From contig JAGYJJ010000002.1 in assembly GCA_018402235.1 (NCBI GenBank), positions 185,251 through 249,250 on the forward strand: 64,000 nucleotides of DNA, in the 5' to 3' direction. The stretch is from Candidatus Nanopelagicales bacterium (GTDB taxonomy: Bacteria > Actinomycetota > Actinomycetes > S36-B12). Below, piece by piece: positions 58,921 to 64,000 of this stretch (position 1 is its first letter; each line of letters starts with the position of its first letter). The position numbers and the translations under genes were made by a program. The notes below the pieces were generated by a model that was not told the origin of the DNA, did no database searches, and saw only the letters and a program-made list of their open reading frames with translations.

Positions 58921-59566
58921 TGCCGCACGCAAACGTGCTCGCCCACAAGGATGTGGCGAATGAACTCGGCTTGATCGGCCAATGGCTCGATGAGCGTGGA
59001 TGGACCTACGAGCGCTACTGGCGCGAGGAGTTCCCGGTTATCCCCGATGCCGATGCGCTGATCGTTCTCGGCTCGCTCGACAGCGTCGCGAGCGGACACT
59101 GCGCGGCGTGGGCGCCGTCGGAGATGGACGTGATCCGCGAGTGGATCGACTCCGGGCGCTCATATCTTGGCGTGTGCTTCGGTGCCCAGATCCTGGCCAG
59201 CGTGCTCGGTGGAAAAGTGGAACGTCGTCCACGTTTCTATCGGAAGGTCGAGGAAGTGCCCTGGGCCGACGGAACGAGCAAGGGCCCGTGGGTGCTGTGG
59301 CACGAGGACATCATCACCTCGGCGGGTACCGGCGAAGTGCTCAGTCAGATGCCGCACGCGATCACGGCCCTACGCGCGGGCAACGCCTGGGGAATCCAGG
59401 CCCACATCGAGTTGGACTCCGCGGGTCTGGAGCGGCTTGGTCGAAACCTGGGGCACCCCCGGACGTGTGGTCACCCATCGCGAACGACATGTCCGGTATG
59501 GATACCCGAATACGGGCAGCGACCTTTGACTTCCTCGATCACGCCTTATCCAGTAATTCCACCTAG
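58920..59566 (+). pseudogene. class I glutamine amidotransferase-like protein, frameshifted near a CCCCC run
   Basis: GTG overlaps the kynA stop. It has GVCFGAQIL (nucleophile elbow) and IQAHIE. The C-terminus APPDVWSPIANDMSGMDTRIRAATFDFLDHAL is in another frame (stop at 59564-59566). Confidence 0.55.
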
Positions 59567-59577
59567 ACTGACTGATT

Positions 59578-60213
59578 ATGTTGAGAACTCCGAAGGCGAA
59601 GAAGGTCAGCAACCATCCCACGCGTCAGCGGCTCCTAACCGCGGTCGTGGACATGATGGACACCACGGCTCCCGAAGACATCCACTCCGAATACGTCCTG
59701 CAAGAAACTGGCATATCGCGCGGTTCGCTCTATCACCACTACGAGGACTTCACCGAACTCCTCGAAGACGCGATGCTCTACCGCTTCTCCGCCGGTGTCG
59801 AGGCATCGACGGGCGCGATTCAGAACATCGTTGCCAACAGCGGTAACCAAGAGGAGTTCCTGTCGCTGCTCGAAGGGGTCACGCGAGCCACGCAGAGTCG
59901 TGAACTTGCCGATTCCCGCTTCGACCGCGCACGCATGCTCGCGATGGCGCAGTACAACCTCCGCTTTCGTGCCAAGTTGGCCACGGTGCAAGATCGCCTC
60001 ACGGACGCGCTGACCGAGTGTTTCGCTCAAGCCCAAGCAAAGGGCTGGCTGAATAAGGATTTCCAGCCGCGAACGGGCGCGATCTTCATTCAGGCCTACA
60101 CCCTCGGCAAACTCGTCGACGACATCAGCGACAACCACATGGACAACTCCGACTGGGAGAACCTGATCACGCTGATCGCTGACCGGACACTGTCCGGCAA
60201 GTCGAACAACTGA
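59578..60213 (+). CDS. TetR/AcrR family transcriptional regulator
   Basis: HTH region VLQETGISRGSLYHHY. Confidence 0.9.
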   Translation: MLRTPKAKKVSNHPTRQRLLTAVVDMMDTTAPEDIHSEYVLQETGISRGSLYHHYEDFTELLEDAMLYRFSAGVEASTGAIQNIVANSGNQEEFLSLLEGVTRATQSRELADSRFDRARMLAMAQYNLRFRAKLATVQDRLTDALTECFAQAQAKGWLNKDFQPRTGAIFIQAYTLGKLVDDISDNHMDNSDWENLITLIADRTLSGKSNN

Positions 60214-60249
60214 CGCCGCCCCAGTGCCACACTGGCACGAGGGGGTGGC

Positions 60250-60873
60250 ATGTTCTCCACACGACAGCAGGCGGGCGCGGATCTTGCGCGTGCGCTGACC
60301 GGATTTGCTGATTCCACGCCCGTCGTCCTGGCACTGCCTCGAGGTGGCGTCCCTCTCGGGCGCGAGGTTGCGCGGGCCCTTGGTGCACCGCTCGATGTTC
60401 TGATCGTCCGCAAACTCGGTGCACCTCACAACCCTGAGTTCGCGATCGGAGCAGTGGGAGAAGGTGGCGCAGTGGTCCTCGATAAGACATCGATCGCCGC
60501 ACTCGGCCTCAGTGACGTGATCGTGGATCGGCTTATCACCGAGGCTCGAAGCGAAATCGATCGCCGCGTAGACACCTACCGCCACGGGAACGAACTGATC
60601 GATGCCGCGGATCGAGTGGTCATCATCGTCGACGACGGACTAGCGACCGGAGCCACGGCAAAGGCAGCCGTCGAAGTAGTCCGGCAACTCGGCGCTGCGC
60701 GCGTGGTTCTTGCTATCCCCACAGGATCGCATCAGGCAGTGGATCAACTCACTGCCATCTGCGATGAAGTGATCTGCTTGGAAATCCCCGAATGGTTTGG
60801 CAGCGTGGGTAGCCAATACGAGTCTTTCCCGCAGGTTTCCGACAATGAAGTAATCGGACTTCTTCGTGATTGA
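60250..60873 (+). CDS. phosphoribosyltransferase family protein
   Basis: PRPP-binding loop VIIVDDGLATGATA and the N-terminal sequence VVLALPRGGVPLG. Confidence 0.85.
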   Translation: MFSTRQQAGADLARALTGFADSTPVVLALPRGGVPLGREVARALGAPLDVLIVRKLGAPHNPEFAIGAVGEGGAVVLDKTSIAALGLSDVIVDRLITEARSEIDRRVDTYRHGNELIDAADRVVIIVDDGLATGATAKAAVEVVRQLGAARVVLAIPTGSHQAVDQLTAICDEVICLEIPEWFGSVGSQYESFPQVSDNEVIGLLRD

Positions 60874-60961
60874 CAGTCACAGATGACTCGGCAACTACAG
60901 ATCGCGGCTCCTCGCGGCGTGGGGCGGCACCCAGTGCTTCTCCTCTCTTTACGCTGAGCAC

Positions 60962-61360
60962 ATGGATCAGACTTTCAGCAAGTTATTCATCACCGGTGGC
61001 GTGGCAGGTGTCCTAGGCGGCGCCGTGTCGTTCCTTGTGTGGTGGATCGCCACCCTCGTCGGCATGTCTGACCAGGTCAACGTGATGGGCCAGGGCATGC
61101 AGGCGCTCGCGTGGTACCAGTTCATCGTGTTCGGCATGTTCTCTGGCTTCGGAGGTGGCGTAGTAGCCGGCCTCCTACGTTCTAGGGACAACGGACCACG
61201 AGTCTTCACGATCATCTCGGTGATCGTGTTGGTGCTCTCGTTTGCCACCCCACTGGTCGATCAAGCCGCTACCGAGTGGTTCACCAAGATCGTGCTGCTG
61301 GCCACGCACGTGATCGTGTTCTTAGCGGTGGTGCCCACCTTGCGCCAGCGGATGGCGTAG
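60962..61360 (+). CDS. hypothetical 4-TM membrane protein (DUF6069-like)
   Basis: 132-aa hydrophobic ORF. The family is recalled, not searched. Confidence 0.5.
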   Translation: MDQTFSKLFITGGVAGVLGGAVSFLVWWIATLVGMSDQVNVMGQGMQALAWYQFIVFGMFSGFGGGVVAGLLRSRDNGPRVFTIISVIVLVLSFATPLVDQAATEWFTKIVLLATHVIVFLAVVPTLRQRMA

Positions 61361-61395
61361 ACATAGCGAACAGGCGCACACCACACAAGCAAGAA

Positions 61396-61415
61396 GCCGG
61401 CCCTTACGGGCCGGC
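61396..61415. terminator. GC-rich hairpin GCCGGCCC-TTAC-GGGCCGGC between the membrane-protein gene and the tRNA-Asn 3' end
   Basis: Read directly from the sequence. It could serve both converging transcripts. Confidence 0.55.
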
Positions 61416-61418
61416 CTG

Positions 61419-61494
61419 TGGCTCCCCCACTTGGACTCGAACCAAGAACCCTTCGATTAACAGTCGAATGCTCTGCCAATTGAGCTATGGGGGA
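61419..61494 (-). tRNA. tRNA-Asn (anticodon GTT), CCA encoded
   Basis: Manual fold: acceptor TCCCCCA/TGGGGGA, D stem GCTC/GAGC, anticodon stem TTCGA/TCGAA with loop CTGTTAA, T stem CTTGG/CCAAG, 3' GCCA. Confidence 0.92.
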
Positions 61495-61555
61495 CCGAAT
61501 CGAAGAGAACCTTACCAAGGCAGATCATCACGCCTCCTGGCCCTGGCGCCAATTC

Positions 61556-62062
61556 CTAGACCCCCAAGGATCCTCGCAATTCGCCAAGAACCTCATCGGC
61601 CTTCGATCGAAGAAGGTGATCGCTCGGGTCTAATCCGGCGTCGAAGACCACAGCCCAGCGAATGCCCTCAAGGCCACCACCGGGTGCACGACGCGCCACG
61701 AAGTGGGCGCCCGCGCCTTCGGTAAGTTCACGGTATTCGGAGATCACCACAGTGTCGGTCACTCGATCACGCACAGCTGCGGGAAGATCGCGCGGCTCCT
61801 CGAGCCGAATGCGCAACCGGCGCGCACCGCTCTGACCTTGGTAGTCGATAACGAAGTCGGGTTGCTCCCAGGCTCCCTTGATGACGTCCTGCCAGGGAAT
61901 CCTGCTGTTCGATCGTTGCTCGTACAACGCCTGGTCGGTGGCTGCCACGAATGAGCCCGCCGGATCTTCACTATCGCCAGTCCCCCACGCGATCACGCGC
62001 TCGCCATCAAAGATTCCTACGCCCTCACGATCCTGGGGTGACAAGCGTGTGCGCTTGCTCAT
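61556..62062 (-). CDS. conserved hypothetical protein downstream of dnaG
   Basis: 168-aa ORF with a 4-nt overlap with the dnaG stop. No family was recognised. Confidence 0.55.
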   Translation of the reverse strand: MSKRTRLSPQDREGVGIFDGERVIAWGTGDSEDPAGSFVAATDQALYEQRSNSRIPWQDVIKGAWEQPDFVIDYQGQSGARRLRIRLEEPRDLPAAVRDRVTDTVVISEYRELTEGAGAHFVARRAPGGGLEGIRWAVVFDAGLDPSDHLLRSKADEVLGELRGSLGV

Positions 62063-63891
62063 GATTGACCAACCGCCTCGTTCAGCAAAGTGCGCCGGTA
62101 CTGCTGCAGTGCTTGCAGTTCCTGTCCGAGTTGCTCCTGTTCGCTTGTGTTCTCCGCCCGCTGAAGGCGACCCATTAAGTCATCGACGCGGCGACCAGCG
62201 TCGATTTCCAGCAAACGTGCGATCACTCCGATCGCATAACGCGAATCGTGACCGTCCATCGCCGGGAGCGGGTCCACCGCCAACTCGCGCACCAAGGATC
62301 GGACATCGTCGTCTGGGCACGCCTCGAGGACCGCATCCATCCAGGCCAGGCCGTCCTTATCTACCTGCGGTCCACCGGCCGCAACGATCGCCTCGTGCAC
62401 CCGGACAGCACTGGGGTGCGTGAATGCTGGAGTCTCCACACTCGCGTACCACTGCGACACCACTGCCGGGTGCTGCAGGGCGCACTTCAAAGCCTCACGC
62501 TCCACCACCAGCGCCGGATCCCCCGAACGCGGTGCACGCGAGTTCGACGACCCGCCGGTTGGTGCTGCTAAGGCACCTCCGCCCACCGCCTTCGACACTT
62601 CGGTCACGTCCAGGCCGAGCCACCCAGCCAGGCGGCGGGTGTATTCGGGGCGTAACGCCGAGTCTCGTATCTTCGAAACGATCGGTGCTGCATCTCGTAG
62701 GGCAGCAATGCGTCCCTCGGCCGAGTTGAGGTCGTATGCGGCGATCGTTGACTTGATCGCGAATTCAAACAGGGGAACCCGGTTCTCCACCAGATCTCGA
62801 ACAGCAGAGTCCCCTCGCTGCAAACGCAAATCGCACGGATCCAATCCGGAGGACTCAACGGCCACAAACGTTTGTGAGACGAACTTCTGGTCCTCGGAGA
62901 ACGCACGCATCGCGGCCTTTTGGCCTGCGGCATCGCCATCGAAGGTGAAGACGACCTGACCCTTCATCTGATCGTCGTCCATCAGAAGCCGGCGCAGCAC
63001 TTTGATGTGATCGGCACCGAAAGAGGTCCCACACGTTGCCACCGCTGTGGTGACGCCCGCGAGGTGGCAGGCCATCACATCGGTATATCCCTCGACGATC
63101 ACCGCCTGCTGATTCTTGGAAATTTCCTTGCGTGACAAGTCAATGCCGTACAACACCTGGCTCTTTTTGTAGAGCGGTGTTTCCGGGGTGTTCAAATACT
63201 TCGGGCCATCGTCGTCGTCGGTTAACTTGCGCGCCCCGAAGCCGATGACCTCCCCACCCAGATCACGGATCGGCCAGACCAACCGGCCACGGAAACGGTC
63301 ATATACCCCGCGGTTGCCCTGGCTGACCAAACCGCCCGCGAGTAACTCCTCATCGGTGAATCCCTTGCCGCGTAGGTGCGACGTAAGCGCATCCCACGAC
63401 TGCGGGGCGTAGCCAACACCAAAGTGCTCGGCGGTACTGGCATCGAATCCGCGGGAGGTAAGGAACTCGCGGCCAACCTGCGCTGCCGGGGTCACCAACT
63501 GCTCGACGTAGAACGCTGCGGCGAGCTTGTGGGCCTCAACCAACCGGGTGCGAACACCCTGCTGCTTGTTGATCGCCGCGCCGCCTTCAACGTAGCGAAG
63601 TTGCACACCCGCTTTGTCTGCGAGCTTCTCGATGGTCTCAGCGAAGGACAGGTGGTCGACCTTTTGCACGAAGTTGATGACATCGCCGCCTTCACCGCAG
63701 CCGAAGCAGTACCACATGCCGCGGCTGGGGGTCACGTGAAAACTCGGTGAGCGCTCATCGTGGAAGGGGCACAGGCCCTTCAAACTGCCACCACCTGCGG
63801 ACTTGAGCGTCACGTATTCGCGGACTACTTCATCGATCCGGGCCCGCTCGCGGACGAGGGCTACGTCCTCGTCACGAATGCGCCCGGCCAT
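62059..63891 (-). CDS. dnaG: DNA primase
   Basis: Zinc ribbon CPFHDERSPSFHVTPSRGMWYCFGCGEGGD, TOPRIM EGYTDVMA and a C-terminal helicase-interaction region. Confidence 0.93.
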   Translation of the reverse strand: MAGRIRDEDVALVRERARIDEVVREYVTLKSAGGGSLKGLCPFHDERSPSFHVTPSRGMWYCFGCGEGGDVINFVQKVDHLSFAETIEKLADKAGVQLRYVEGGAAINKQQGVRTRLVEAHKLAAAFYVEQLVTPAAQVGREFLTSRGFDASTAEHFGVGYAPQSWDALTSHLRGKGFTDEELLAGGLVSQGNRGVYDRFRGRLVWPIRDLGGEVIGFGARKLTDDDDGPKYLNTPETPLYKKSQVLYGIDLSRKEISKNQQAVIVEGYTDVMACHLAGVTTAVATCGTSFGADHIKVLRRLLMDDDQMKGQVVFTFDGDAAGQKAAMRAFSEDQKFVSQTFVAVESSGLDPCDLRLQRGDSAVRDLVENRVPLFEFAIKSTIAAYDLNSAEGRIAALRDAAPIVSKIRDSALRPEYTRRLAGWLGLDVTEVSKAVGGGALAAPTGGSSNSRAPRSGDPALVVEREALKCALQHPAVVSQWYASVETPAFTHPSAVRVHEAIVAAGGPQVDKDGLAWMDAVLEACPDDDVRSLVRELAVDPLPAMDGHDSRYAIGVIARLLEIDAGRRVDDLMGRLQRAENTSEQEQLGQELQALQQYRRTLLNEAVGQS

Positions 63892-63935
63892 GTCCGAATA
63901 CTAGGTTCGAGCCATGACGGTGCTTGATCTACCGC

Positions 63936-64000
63936 TCAGCGCACCAGGCGCTTATGCCAGTGGACCAGGCTCACGTCGGTCAGGCTGGCCACCTGGTCGA
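63936..64000 (-). CDS. dgt: 3' end of a dGTP triphosphohydrolase-like (dgt) gene; the remainder lies outside the window
   Basis: The minus-strand frame reads DQVASLTDVSLVHWHKRLVR-stop. Position upstream of dnaG is the conserved actinobacterial synteny. Confidence 0.5.
   Translation of the reverse strand, partial: DQVASLTDVSLVHWHKRLVR

Noticed and set aside
59635-60585. 316-aa minus-strand ORF
   Set aside because: It is antisense to the TetR and phosphoribosyltransferase genes, which have clear signatures.

Overview
High-GC (roughly 58-60%, estimated by eye from sampled lines) actinobacterial chromosomal segment, with a conserved dgt-dnaG-hypothetical-tRNA-Asn arrangement at the right end. 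I count about 65 protein genes and 2 tRNAs. I found no rRNA, CRISPR, transposase, integrase, phage or recognisable defence genes. Main blocks, left to right: (1) small redox/metal proteins (CDGSH protein, Cys-rich mini-protein), bioY, a PLP decarboxylase, a ClC channel and a TDT transporter; (2) a partial myo-inositol (iol) catabolic locus with a sugar ABC importer, four Gfo/Idh/MocA dehydrogenases and a LacI regulator; (3) acetoacetyl-CoA synthetase; (4) the most interesting locus: DsrE-like, TusA-like, a fused 4x[4Fe-4S]/NrfD protein and a signal-less 962-aa molybdopterin oxidoreductase, divergent from a rhodanese-persulfide dioxygenase fusion plus ArsR regulator, with mobA/moeA next door; (5) folP-like gene, glycosyltransferases, and egtB-egtD (ergothioneine); (6) furA-katG, an ABC-2 exporter and a K+ channel; (7) kynurenine pathway genes (kynU, kynA); (8) dnaG. 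Two window-wide themes stand out. Ten genes need 1-2 frame corrections (including moeA, egtD and katG), which means either genome decay or indel sequencing error. Short tandem repeats (10-16 bp units) are unusually frequent, both intergenic and in-frame within N-termini. All family assignments come from motifs read in the ORF-track translations; no database search was run.
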